This document shows, in pieces, positions 10,901-25,900 of a stretch of DNA of 64,000 nt; position 1 is the stretch's first letter, and every line of letters starts with the position of its first letter. The notes below the pieces were generated by a model, which was not told the DNA's origin, ran no database searches, and worked only from the letters and a program-made list of their open reading frames with translations. The stretch is from Antedon mediterranea (lineage: Eukaryota > Animalia > Echinodermata), in assembly GCF_964355755.1 (NCBI RefSeq), contig NC_092675.1, positions 23,160,912 to 23,224,911 on the forward strand, given 5' to 3'. The position numbers were made by a program, and so were the translations under genes.

Positions 10901-13900
10901 GTATTCCTTAACATATTTACACTTTTACGTCAATTTGTTTTAATCGAATAATATACTGAATGTTCTATTTTCTTTTAGTTTTGAATTCCAATCGTTTGAT
11001 GCGCACAGCGGTCTTAAAACTATACATTGGGAACTTTACGATATGCATGAAGGTACTAGCATATACCTTGGTTCAGATCATCTCAGTGCCAACCATATCA
11101 GTGTAAGAAATGATAAATAATGTCGAATTATTCACGAAATTAAGAACATTAGACAATTAAACTAAGACTTCAATTATCCATATCCAAATGCTACGTTAAA
11201 ATCTTTTTTTTTTCCTTTTGACATACTCTCTTTTATTCTTGTTCTTCCTTTGTTATTGATGTTCCTGCTGGTGTTCTAAATATGTAGGACCCACTTACCT
11301 GTCATCCACCGGATTGCATATGTATTCCGAAAGGAGATTGTTACGGAATCAACTACAGCTTCAAACCAGATTTGAGCAGAATGAACATTAGCAACGTAAA
11401 ACATGATCAGGAGATTTATTTGAAGATTACGGTGACAAATTACGCAATGCTTGTGACAAATTTAACAAGAAAGGTATGTTATTAATCGGATTTATTTGCA
11501 GTATTTGGAATCTACCATGCATTAACCTAATACTCTGTTATTCAAGAGCGTTTCTAATCAAATAATGCAAGACTTATACAGTAGACGTTCACCGAAAAAA
11601 TATAAATAATAGCAATGATTAATAATACAAATGACGTGACATACTGTACTATAAACAATTAGTAACGTATAGCCTAGCACATAAAAATGATATCATTGTA
11701 AGTCTGTAGATCCATAAGAGTTCGAATTTTGGTTGCCTTTAAAAATAATCATTTTTAGATTTTCATTGGTTTAAGAGCTTCTCTTTGTTTAAAATAAATA
11801 AAAATAAAATGTTGAAAATGCTTTACACTAGATAACTATTGACACATCTCCTCCGCATGAGGGTACTGTGAGTGAAGGTATATCTGGAGAAAATGAGATT
11901 GACTTTCAGCAAGAATTAAAAATTAATGCACATTGGTCTGGATTTTTTGACAAGGAAAGTGGCATCAAATATTATAAATATGGTATTAGTGACAACTGCT
12001 TAACAATTGATGATTTTTATAATACAAATATGGTAAGTCATATTGAATTTTATCACTAACATTAAGTAAGATTTCTGTTTCTCGTTTCGCATTTTCTTGA
12101 TAACTAATAGCATTAGTATCTACTACGGTTCTAAAAATGTAAGTCTAAAGCTAAATTTAAATATGTTCTGCTTGATAATTATTATCTAACAATTTTGTTT
12201 GAAGACAATTTTTACAACAACTTCAAAATTTGCAACGTGGACAGCATCATCTCCAGGAAAGTACTACTGTACTGTTGTTGCATTCAACAATGCTGTTGAC
12301 CCATCCAATCCAGTATGTTCGGATGGTGTAACAGTTGACAGTTCACCACCCACTCTACGAGACGTAATCGTAGAAAACCTGTACATCAGACCAGGACTTG
12401 TAACTATCAACGATGATAACTCGACAGTTTGGTTTATCAGTCCGGACCTGAAAAGATCACTTGTCGAGAGTCCATCAGAAGAATGCAGGTAAGTTTTACC
12501 CAATTTCTTGATTTCAACTTGATAATTCCTAAATGTATATTAATAAAGCCCTTCCCTGATGACGTCAGACGTACGCATGGATCGTAGTTGCTAATCTATA
12601 GTATGGTAACTCTAATTTTATGTAGCTTCATAGTTGACGATGTTTTTATCTTATAGTTCTTCTTCTCGCAAAATCGATGAAGCAACATTATCAATGATTC
12701 CAGTTCTATTCTCAAATGGTACAATCAACATGATCAGTGATTTAGAGTGTTTGAAGAACAAGCCATTACCAATGTTTTTATACTTGAGAGAGGACAGATA
12801 TGTGAGTACTACTGTATCTTTAAAATATCTGCGAAAGTATTTATGTTCAGTCATTGTTCCAACTTGCAGTTATACCATAGAAGGATTAATCTAACCTCAC
12901 ACGATTACATTTTTGTAATTTCAGTTATCTTTCACGTGGAATGGAGCAGACAATGAAAGTGAGATATTCGTCTATTCGGTTGGTTTATCAAGTACGCCTT
13001 CTGATGTTGGTCCAGACTTGATGCCATTTAAGTCGACAGGATCTCATCCGATGTTTAAAACGTATCACCCTCATCTTGGTGAAGGTGTGGCATTTTACAT
13101 TGTCTTAAAAGCAATAAACAGAGCAAAGATTGCCACTACAAGGGTAAACTTTCTTTTAAAGTCATTCAGTCACTGATAGTTATGTATTAATATATGCCAT
13201 TACGTCACATTGAGTATTAAAATATAAAATATAGGTATAAGTGATGTTTATAGAGCAGAGTAAATAAATAAATAAATAAGCATGACAAATTCCGGTACTA
13301 ATTATTCAACAACATTACAATCTTTCCCCATCTAAACAATGCCTGTTTGTCAACTATAGTCATTAATATGTATGTTGTCAACAAACAACATTTACTATAC
13401 CTTGCTGTATTGTGTTTATATTTCAGTTGATTGGTCCAATCATTGTTGATGTTACTCCGCCCTCTTTCACTGATATAATATACGTCAGCCTTGTTGGAGA
13501 ATATCTTTTAGCTGAATGGAACTCTGATTGTTTTATTGACGAAGAAGATGACGAACCTCTTACATATCATGTCGCTGTTGGTAAGCACTTTTAAACTAAG
13601 GCATAGCATTTTAACTGGATCTAACTATTTTATAGAAGAAATCCATACGGAAAATAGATAATTAACACAAAATTGACCACATAAAGTTACCACGTTTAAT
13701 TCTGTCAATCGTAATGACGATTGTATTTTATATTTGGCACAATAGGCTTATTTGACAGAATGTTATGTTTACTTTATATCAAAAGGACATTCTAAAGGCA
13801 CATCTGAGCTTCTTCCATTTCAACCAATCAACACAATGAGTCCATGTACGTTTGATGCTACCAAGTTGTGTACAGCTATACCACTCTCAGACTTGGATTG

Positions 13901-16900
13901 GGAACTTCATGTTAACCATCTTTACTTCGTGTCGATCAAAGCAATCAACGTCGCCGGCCTTTCCACTATCGGTGTCTCTGATCCGTACTATCATAACAAC
14001 GCTCTTCCAACACTTGGAGTTGTGTTTGATATCTCAGTTAGACAGACCGCACCAACTCCATTTGCGGTAAGAAGACTCATTCCAAGCAATACTTAACACA
14101 TTTAAGGTTGTTACCGTATGAAAAATTTATTGCAGCTAAATCCACATGAACAATGGTGACAAATAAAATATTATTAAGAGCCCAATTTTTTTTTAAATAT
14201 TCATAGAGTTACGTTGACATCGACTGTCAAAGTGAGACAGATGCCTTAGCAGTCTATTGGTATGGTTTCCAAAGTGTACACGATGATGTCAGTTACCAAG
14301 TTGCCGTTGGAACAAATCCAGAAGATAGTGACGTCACTAAAGGACTAGTAGACGTTGGTTACTTGGACTACTTTGAAATAAAGAATTTAAATCTTTTGTA
14401 TTTTAAGGTAAGTGTCGTTTTTTAGATATGTAAAAAGAGAAAAACACAAATAAAACCCATATTCATATAATAGCAGTAAACAGCCTAGAGTTTAACTTTA
14501 ACATTAAACTGGGCAGGAGGAAGAATTACTTACTGTAGTTGATTTTTTTTAAATTTAACTTACAATACAATAATGAATAAATGTAAATATTTTGTTTTTT
14601 TCTTAACACGAGATGTATTATACAACTATCATCGCTACATCTTCTGCCGGAAGTGTCAATGTAAGTTCAGATGGCGTGAATGTTCTTCCTAAGGATGCAT
14701 TTATTTACGGAACAATAGTTGCTGACGGAGAACCATGTTCAGATATTGGTAAATATTTTCCTAGATTGAAATGAATACAAATAAAATCTAAAATTGCCTT
14801 TATTAACATACATTGGAACATTTTCATACTGGTAAACATTTCTTCAACAGGTTCCTGCGTTGAAGATGTTGATTTCCAAAGTAGTACATCAAGTTACAGT
14901 TTGCATTGGCAAATATCAAACAACATGACGTCTTTGATTACACACATTATTTGGACTTTGGAAAAAGAGGTCGATGGTAAGTGAACATATGTAATTTTCA
15001 TTTATAAATACTATTAAATTAAATTACTATTACATTTGCCCGTTATAGTATACGATTGAAACAAAACATTACAATTAAAACAATTCTTTTATTATAGTCA
15101 ACAACCAAATTTGGAAAACACTCGATGGTCCAGAGAATCTCGGATTCGTTAGTCACATATTGACATCTGGTCTAGAACTTGAATATGGTGGACACTATAG
15201 GTCAAAAGTAGAATTTTGCAACTCCGATATATGTTTTAATCCACTTTTCACTGACGGATCCTGGGTACTGTCTGTACCACCTACTGCAAGCAGAGTTTAC
15301 GTGGAGCTCGTTTACAAGAGTGACACACACATTGAAGTCGCATTTGAGCCATTTTATCAGGATGCTTTCCAACAATCCTTAAGCATTGATACTATGGATC
15401 ATTATGAATGGTCTTTAACAAATGGTGAAGAAGGAAATGGAATGATATTACCATGGCAACAAGTAGTTGATATGTATGAAGGTGACGAAATGGTAATAAC
15501 AAACAATAATTTTATTTAATGATTTCCTATAAGTAGTCATCTTGTCTTTAATTTTCCTTATTCTACAGTATTTTAATGCTTTTACACCGTTAACGGTTTT
15601 ATAGATTTTGTCTGATAAATCTTTTAAAAGTAAGTTGATATACTGTCTTCATTGATTCTATTAGTCAATGCATGATTAGTGTTTGGATTATCGCAATTGT
15701 TTTGTTGTTTTCTCACAAGCATAAAGTAGTAACATAAACTATGAATGAATTGATGATTCAACTAAAAAATTCATGAAAAGTAAGAAAAACAGTAACATTG
15801 ATTGAAATTGATTGATTGAAATTGATTTATAGAAATTGATTGATTGAAATTGATTGATTGAAATTTATATTTATACTGGGTAACCTCTTCAGTCAAAGAC
15901 TGGTCTCCCAGAGGGCCCAGTTAGTGATCAGTGGCTGTGATGTACTAATACACCGGGGTAACCCCCTACTCGTCTCAAAAGATGTACTAGGTTCTTTAAA
16001 GTGCACACGAGCTAGACTCTACCACGAGAACCATGGAGTGAGTGAGCCTCGAACCCCTTGCCGATGTTATGGCGATTGTAGTCTTTTATCAATACCGATA
16101 GCAAAAAAAAAACAACAGAAGAAGAAAGAAGCTTGCAACACCATTAAGAAAGGAAAAGTTTTTACACAAGTTTTAATAGTCATTGGTAAAATGTTTAATT
16201 ATACTTTTATTTCAGATAACATTCCAAGCAGAATTGACGTTTAACACATCAACGTTTACTTGTATAAAATTGCTTGTCAGAGGTTTCAATAAAGCAGGAC
16301 TTTCATCAACAACCTCAACTGAACTCTGGGATTGTGACAAAGCACAGGAAGCAAATCCTAATTTTGTCATCGATGCTATCGGTAATATTATACGCATAAA
16401 TTAAGAAAGTAATTTGTATTGGAAAACATAAAAATATGCATCTGAAAAAATATTGTACGTATACATACTGAACAAAATAACAATTGAAAACAATCCACTA
16501 GCATTATAATTTGGTAGCTTAATACAAAAAAATGTATTGTCAAATTAGTTAATATTAATATTGCAATAATCAATAATCATTCTGGTATACTGATGATGAA
16601 TTATAAGTTCTCATACTTATTGAATTCAATATAATTTGATTTTTTTAGGTAATGTTGAACTTGAAGAGAATGACTTATGGGAGAAAGAAGACGTCGACTA
16701 TAGTTTGCAGAAAACATCTTTACATGCTGTCTGGCCAACACTTCGATACTTAACCTATGAATGGGCTGTAATTGGTGTATCACCGTTGGAATTTACGACC
16801 GACTTTGATCTCGAACATATAACTAAACCATGTGCTCACCCCAACACAATTAAATGTGGCGAAACAGGTAATGACGTTGTTCAAGAATACAAATTGCTAT

Positions 16901-19900
16901 TTATATTGAATACAAGTACTAACATGATATTGATATTAATAAGAATACATAATTTATTTCGTATCAGGAAATAAAAAAAGAAAATATTTTGTTTAAGACT
17001 TGTAAAATATACATTTCATTGTCGTGGTATCTTGTTTGTAGATGCTGAGTATATTAACGTTGATGAACTTAACCTTAAACACGGTTCAAAATATTTCATC
17101 TGTATACATGCCGAGAAAACAACAAAATACCATGAAAAATGGACAGAATATTTACCAGAGTTGTCCTCATGTAGTGATGGCGTTGTGATTGATCATACAC
17201 CTCCAACGCAAGGAGATGTTTGGTTAGGTTGGAAAAAAGGAGACAGGTATCAGGTACGATACGTTGTATTAGTTTTGTCGAAAAAATGGTTGAGATTTAT
17301 GTGTTTCAGAATAGTACTGATTGCCTTGACCAGAATGGACAAGGAAGACTAAAACTAGAGAGTTACTAGGGCCTATGAATACATTACATAAAATCATTGA
17401 AATTTCAGTTAGTATTTTTATGTTGAACATTTTATTAATAATTATTTATAGCATTCAATGTCTGACTTAAGTATTACTTGGGACTCTTTTGTTGACGTGG
17501 AAGAGCATGGGACATCACCTCACCATTCTGGAATAAAGTATTACGAATACTCTCTTGGTAAGCCATGAATATATTATTATGATATATCTGTAAATTATTG
17601 TAAATTATGTATTTATATCTTATTCACCCGTTTTTCAATGTGGCACTAATGATCATGAAAGAAAAGCGTCAGTCACATTAGACAATCCGTATTAAGAGTG
17701 ACGCATCTAGCAGGATTTTAAAATATGGGTACGGGGCATGAAAATGGCAAAACATTTAAATTACCCGAATGTTGTTTTGCATTGTAGTTTTTTATGGCTC
17801 ATAAACCATTTTTGAAATTATTAGAGAAATTATGTTTCTAAATACAGTTTCTAAATTGTGAACTTTATAGGCACATATCCTGGAGGAATTGACGTCATTG
17901 ATTTTGTAAAAGTTGGAATTACCGAACATCTCATTGCTCATAATCTGAATCTTATAAACGGCAGAATATATTACGCAACAATTAAAGGTAATTATATTCT
18001 AGTAATTATAGCATAGTATAATTATTATTGTTTTTAAAACCACGTTTGAGTTGTTACTATTATTGTTTTAAAATTGGAAATGTATCTATTTCCAATGCAA
18101 GTTTACAGATCATTCACTTTAGTATTACGTTAATATAATAACCTTAATTACTCCATTTTGGAAACACATGCTACACCTACGTTTATTATGTAAATCTTGT
18201 AATTAAAATACATTACTTTTATAGCAACTGACTTTGTTGGGTTAACATTATCAGCAACATCTCAAGGGATTACAGTTGATAGTACACCACCTGTGTTGGG
18301 ACAAAATAGCATTGTTGTTGATGGCGATGTCTTCTATTCTACGTCTCATGTAGAAGCTAGGTAAACTAAACGAAAGTATACACTTATTCATAAGTTCAAT
18401 ATACTGTAATTGAATAATATTTTAATATCAAGTTTTTGATTTCTAGTTGGGATGGTGTTTTTATTGACCATGAAAGTGGAATATCTACTTACGAATGGAG
18501 TATTGGTTCACAGCCATTTTGGTCCGACATGTATCCAAATACCAAGACAACATCAGAAGGTGCAATTACAAACGAAAACTACGATCTCAATTTACAAGAG
18601 GGGCATCACTATTACATTACTGTAAAGGTAACACAATACAATACATACATTATTGAGTTATAATGTAAGTGTTCTATCTTAAAATATATTTACGTGAGTG
18701 CTAAACAAATATACATATATTTGAATGTTCGGTATTTATATTACGAATTGTAGAAGAGTACACATATGCTAGAGTACAAATTGTATGCTATGGTGAATTT
18801 CTAAAGAAATAGAAAAACAACAAGAATTGAAGTATAATATTATAACCATAATATAACATATATCCTTTAGGATTCTATAATACAGTTTTCTATTTAAAGT
18901 GTAAGCTACTGTATATTGACGGAATACCTTTGTTACAGGCTTACAATGGAGCTGGGTTATCTGCAATGATGTGCAGTGGCGCAGTAACTGTTGATACATC
19001 ACCACCATCGGCTGGTTTTGTGTATGATGGACAATTAGTCATGCCACCAGAAGACAAAGATACCCAACAAGAAACATCCACTATTTTTGCTAATTGGGGT
19101 GGGTTTGTAGATCGCGGAACACAAGTAATTGGTTATAGTTGGAAAGTTGGTCTGTGTCCTGGATGCGATGATGTCATGGAAGAACAAAATGTTGGTTTAG
19201 CAACAGGTAGGTTGGTACAATTTAATTTCACTGAACAGCTTTATGATTTAGTTTCATGTCAATGATTCCTCTTAACTTCTGAAACTTGTAACTTTATAAC
19301 ACATTTTGTTTCTGTCTTATGCTATAGATGGAAGAGTCAATTATTTGAATCTTGTTGCTGGCCATGTATATTATACAACCGTCACTGCATGTGATGCGGC
19401 AGATCTGTGTACTGAAGTTATCTCAGACGGAATACTTATTGACAACTCTCCACCGGTAGCAGGATTTGTTTTTGATGGCAGCTCTGGTTCTGACATAAAC
19501 TTTCAGAATTCTAGGTAAGTATGAAGTAAGGATGTTAACAATGGATTTCGTTAGTTTAGCCTAACGATTTATGAAAGACAAAAAAAATTATAGAAGATTA
19601 ATATGTATATGTAGTTACTATACTTCATTATGTTATTTGTACAGCTTTTGTCTTTAAACGAGTTCAGTTTTTTCGTATTTGCGTGATAAATATTACTGTA
19701 CGTTAATACAAATGTATCTCCAAATATCTCTGATCCAAACCCTGCCAACGCTTATTTTACTATGATGTTTATAGACGTGTCTTAGAGGCACATTGGTGGG
19801 GATTTAATGACCCACACTCCGGATTGTCTAATTTTGAATGGTGGGCTGGAACAACACCAGGCGGAAGTGACATCCTGGATGTACGGACGCATCATTTATC

Positions 19901-22900
19901 GGAGTCTGCATTTACTACTCTTAATTTTGATCTACCATTAAACACGAAGATTTTTGTGACAGTAAAAGCGTATAATAAGGTTGGTCTTTCGGCGAAAAGA
20001 ACGTCTGATGGTTTCATAGTTGATGTCACACCGCCCAAAATAATCAAGTCAATTGAAATGTCAACAAGGGCAGGAGTTGCTGTTTCAACTACTCAGGTGA
20101 GTTAGTAGAGTAAGTTTATAAAACGACCAGTATTTTTAGCCAAAAATACGAACTGCATTGCCTAATGTAGAATAATATGAAATTAAAATCTAATGAAAAT
20201 GTTGGATTATTAAGTAAATGAATGTCTTTATCAGGTATTGAATTCGGTGTTACGAGTAAACTGGGAGTTTGATGACAGTGAAAGTGGTATTAGGCAACAA
20301 TACTTGTCAGTGTTTACACATAATGATGGCGATGTTGATGTTCCACTTACAAAGGTAATTATAATATAACCGATTTTAGTGTTGGCCAGAAAACAAGATA
20401 TATTTATTTTGCAATATTTATATTTTGTCATGCATTCAAAGCTCAAAAACCTAACTGTAGGAAGCAATCCATTAACTAATTAATCATGGAGTAATAACTC
20501 TTCATGATTTAACAGAAGAAAGATACATTCATTTATGTTCATATTTTTCAGATCGCAGGCTCCGAAGTTGATTATTCTTTAACAGATCTAGCTCTTCATG
20601 ACGGAAGTAGATACCAAGTCAAAGTTGTAGCCTGTAATGGTGCTGAACTTTGTAATGAAATGTCATCTAAGCATATATTGGTAAAGAAAACAAACTTTAA
20701 TTTAGTGTACACTAAATTTAATTTTTTAATTTAAAATATTACATTCGAAATAATTTAGGAAAATTGTTACCTCGATACTTATTCATAACGAATAAACAAT
20801 GTGTACAAAAGAACAAGTATTTTTAACCTTTCAAAATACTTCCTTTCTTTCTTCAAAGGTTGATTCAACACCTCCTACGGTTGGCACGTTTGCTATTGAT
20901 ACTGATCATGCAGCTGACCTAGATAGACACCAGTCTGGGTGGATGACCTGGCGGCAAATCTCACCGGGTAATGGAATTTTGAATCTTGCTTGGCTTGGCT
21001 TTGTGGATGCTCATTCCGGAGTGAATCAGTACCGATTTACGATTGGCAGCAGCTACTCAGCTTCCGATTTATCTCCTGTGAGTATAAAAACACAGATAAA
21101 ATATTGTAATAAACGTGTACTTTCTTTTTTAATTACTAGACTTCAGTAATCTTACGAACCATATACATAATCTATTCTACTCAACAAATGTATTACCACA
21201 ATATAACATTAAACTTAAGAAATTACTTTTACAATTTATATAGGATGGAACTATTGTTGTTATACCTAACAATAGCACTGTGGTAGTAGATGGTGATGAA
21301 GTGTTTGTAGCATCGGTGCCGGTAAAAGGTGATATTCAATCAAATGTAGTTCTTTATATTTCGCTTTGGGCTGTAAATGGGGTAAGTTCAACTCTTTGGT
21401 TATTATTATTTCACCTTACAAAATTTATATTTTTTGTTGAATTAAATATGTGCATATTGTTGGCTGTAGTAGGAGAATCGATTATGAAACTTTAAGTGTT
21501 TTTTAAATGTTAATACTTAAAACAATATTTATTAATGTTATTTGAATAAGTTTATGATAACATGAATGTTCAATCGGTACAAGGTTGGTTTGTCATCATT
21601 ACGAGCACACTCTGCATTTGAAGTCGTCTCATCTGGTGTTGTAAATGAAGGAACGTTAGTTCTAATACGAAGGTGTTCAGCTTACTCATGTGAAGGTCAT
21701 TGTACCTGTGCACCCCAAAACCAAGTCTGTCTTCCTCCAGCGAATGCTAATTGCCAGGATATAACTGAAGGTATATTAAATGACATATAATGTTAAACTA
21801 TTAAACTGTTTCAAAAGACAAACAAATCATTATGGCTCTACATTTCTAAGTCTAAACATTTACTGATGCAAATCAATTATATTAAGTAATATTTAAAATT
21901 TACAGAATCTAGTACGCCGATCGTCACAGTGAATGATGTCATTGACTTAAAACTTCTGAAAGCAGACAATCAGAACATAGAAGTAAACTATACTTTAAGT
22001 CGATGTATGTTAGCAGCGACTTGGTCAATTGATGCATCTTCTACACGTACAGTGGAAAGGTAAATATTTTGTTTTTAAATTTACATTTTGTAACTGGTGG
22101 TGTGCAACAAGGTGTGACTAACGATAGAAGTTGGATTAATAGAAACATTAATTACTATCAATTACATTACGCCATATTTTCATAAAAAGCTCAACATTAT
22201 TAGCAGGATAATTATTCTATCTTTAGAATTTACAAACAATGAATTACATTAACAGCAAATATAAAGTTTAATTTTGCTGGTCTTTTTATTTCTAAACATA
22301 TTTTATTAGTGTATTGTTTCAATATTATTATTTAATTACATCTATATTTAAATGGAAGGTATGAGTGGAGTGCGGGTGACTTTTCATCAACACCAAAGCA
22401 ACCAAAAGGAATATTCAATGCTGCCGTTGATCAAGTATGGTTTGATGTTGGTCAAGAAACTTCAGCTGTTCTTATGCTCGATGAAGGTATTAATATTATT
22501 CTATGACATATTTTGGTTAGTTTAAAAATTTAACAATTAAAACTTTCTATTATTTGTATCTGTCACGTACCTACTAGGCTTAAACATAATAGTACACTTA
22601 TAACACACTTCTCGGATAAGGACTATAAACCGTATGTCCAGTGTACACATCTAGCTCGTGTGCACTTTAAAGAACCTAGAACATCTTTCGAGACGAGTAG
22701 GGGGTTACCCCGGTGTATTAGTACATCACAGCCACTGATCACCAACAGGGCCCTCTGGGAGACCAGTCTTTTACTGAAGAGGTTACCCAGTAAAATATAA
22801 ATTTCAATCAATCAATCAACTAATCATTTCAGATAAACTACTGACGCCAACCTTTTTATATTACTTCTACATCCGAGCATGGTATTCTTATGACTCTTAC

Positions 22901-25900
22901 GCCATCTATCGGTCAAACGGAATTACTGTAGATGTACGTCCTCCAGATGTGACAACAATAAAAGGAATTACGGTGATTAAAAGCTTTTTTCTATTCTATC
23001 TTTACTATTACTCCGATATGCCGTTTGATAATTTAGTTTAATTATGACTCCTCCCACTCAGGCTTGCCTTTTGGAGGTTACCATCTTCTTTTGCTTTCTA
23101 TTTTTTATTATACAGAACTGTTTCATAAATGTTGACTTTTTTTATTCTATGATGACATTTTTTTTATTTGTACGTTGCATTTTTTCTTTTTTTAAACCTT
23201 ATTACGTTTCATTGTTGTTAATGATTTTTTTTTATCTTTTCTGTTTATTTTGATTTGATTTGATAAATTTCGTATATGTTTTGTTCGTCTCTCTGTACAA
23301 TTTTTGTCCATTATTGCTTACCTTATTACTTTCCGCAAAGCAGGTAAGCTTCTAGGTGATTTCACACTTTATAGAATAAACGATATTACAAACTTGGGAA
23401 AACAAATACATTGCACAATAATTCTAGATACTATACTATAGAAAATTTCAGGATGACTGGTAGGCCTACTGTAGTGTTGGAATTTGGCTATAGTATTATT
23501 ATAATACAATGGAAGACATTTGTAGCCCAACAGCTCTTTTTTCTCAATAATTAATTTACTTCCTTTGTATGTACCGCAAACCTAACTTAATGCCTACTAT
23601 TAATATTTTCACCTTCAAAATACAACTATGTATATAATAATATCATTACAATCTTCTCTGTTTTTAGCGTATAAACTAAAATTATATAAACATAATTATT
23701 TAGGTTAAAGAACACATAAACGAAACATTCACAGTCGACACTGACTTTTTGACTGAAACTGACCACGTGAGTGTTTCTTGGCGTAACGTATTTCGTGATG
23801 AATCTGGAGGCATCAGTCACTTTGAAGTGTCAATCAGTACATTTCCAGGTGGTGAGTTAGACATGCTTACAAACACACAGTAGTACGCCTCAATATTATA
23901 ATCATACGCTTTATTTCTATTTTCAATTTAGCTATTCATTTGCTAATTATTTAAAAATTTAAATTTAAAACGGACGAAATAAAGTTCATTAATGTGTGTA
24001 TAATATGCATATGTTTAACTTCTTATTTTATATATCGATGAACTATTTTCCCGATAAATATTCTTATGCGTTTTCAATATTCTAGGAGAAGATGTAAGAC
24101 TATTTTTAGAAATATCTGGAAACATTGAGCAATATACCTTCATAACTTTAACACTAAAGAACGGACAGCGTTACTTTACAAACGTTAGAGCATATAACCA
24201 TGCTGGTCTCCATACTTTAGTTGTATCTGACGGGTTTATCGTTGATCTACAAACTCCGGTTGCTGGAACAGTCACTGATGGTCAAGGTATGTTTGCTGAA
24301 TTATTAGACGTTAGTGTCAAAGATATTGTCCAGAATTTATATAATTTTATATTTCAAAAACATTCCGATATTGCTTCTCAATATAAAGTACGTTATAAAG
24401 AAATGTGTTTTATCGTTACATATACAGAGGAAAAACGTACAAAACTATATTCTGTAGAAAGTATTTGCATTTTGAAAATTTTCGATGTTAACTAAAGATG
24501 AACTGCTCCACAAAAACGTTTACATGTATAAAAGAATGTTTATACAACTAGTGGTAGGCCGTAGTTTAGCTGAGCCAGAAACCCCATAGGACAAATCTCA
24601 TAGGACAGGCCCAGTAAATGTCAATGTAAACTATGTGAAGTTGCCCGCAGTGGCTGTGTCAAAGTAGAGCTATATTATTTTTAATCTGGTTTATGCTAGA
24701 AATCCATGATGTCGAGTACCAGTCATCACCTAATACTATCAAGACGTCTTGGCATGGATTCATTGACTTTGAATCTTTCATAAGTCATATTGAATCCTGT
24801 ATTGGTGAAACCACAAGCCCAACTGAGTGTAACATTAAAATATGGAAGAAAGTGAAGATCGGTAACTCTGCTACAACATATCTTTCCAAAAATCTTACAA
24901 CAGGTGAGAACATTTTTTGAAGAAAAATAAGTCTCTTTTACTAATAATTCTTTTTAGTAGCATTATAATTATAAATATGGTACTTCATTAACTTAAACAT
25001 ATAATAATTGAACAGAGAGGGTTCTTTACTTCATATTGGTAATATCAATCGTTTTATCATAGCAGGAACATTAAATAAATGAATGAAAACTACGTAACGT
25101 TTACTTATTCTACAATAAAAAGAGATAAAGGTTATTGTATCAATCATTACTTTTTTTCAAACAAAAAGGTCTCAGGTATTTTGCAAAAGTTAGAAGCTAC
25201 GATGCGGCCGGCCATGTTTCGCCAATCGCCGTATCTGATGGATTTGTCGTCGATACAACACCACCAGTGCCCATAGAACTTATTTATTATGGAGAAAATA
25301 TTTTGACGAATCCCTCATTTGAAGACAGTCTACATACTACGCCTTGGATTGGACACGTAGAAGATACACCTAACTGGATATCTGAAGAACTATTACCAAC
25401 GGATTGGCATCTTTCAATAAACTCTAGCATAGTCGTGTATTCGTCTGAACAACAAGCTCAAGATGGCATATTATTTGTGTTGGTACATGGTGGACTGACT
25501 CAATCTGTCAAAACCGAACCAGGTCATCATTACATGCTGACGTTTCACACTCATTTTGTTACGTCATCATCAGTACCTTTGATTATGCAAGAAGCTGAAG
25601 TCAAAGTTCCCGGTATACATCATGTTTTCAAGTTATATAACACTGACAACGTTGATGACAAAAATGGCGACATTTGGCAGAAGCATGTATATTTCTTTAC
25701 GGCTGAAGATACAGAAAGCGCCATTGTCTTATCTACAGTCAGCACATTTGGTATGATGCTATTAGACAATGTAACGGTTAGTTTATGCTTTAATTCTTCC
25801 TGCTGAATGACAAAAAATGTTCTATTGATTAATACATTCGTTAAGCTAAATGAGCGTTGTGAAATAACGTTTTAAAAGTGGTGCTACAAGGCCAATTTTA

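Noticed and set aside
15858-16244. ORF sharing a peptide with the ORF at 22623-22811
   Set aside because: The similarity comes from the SINE-like repeat read antisense; no protein features.
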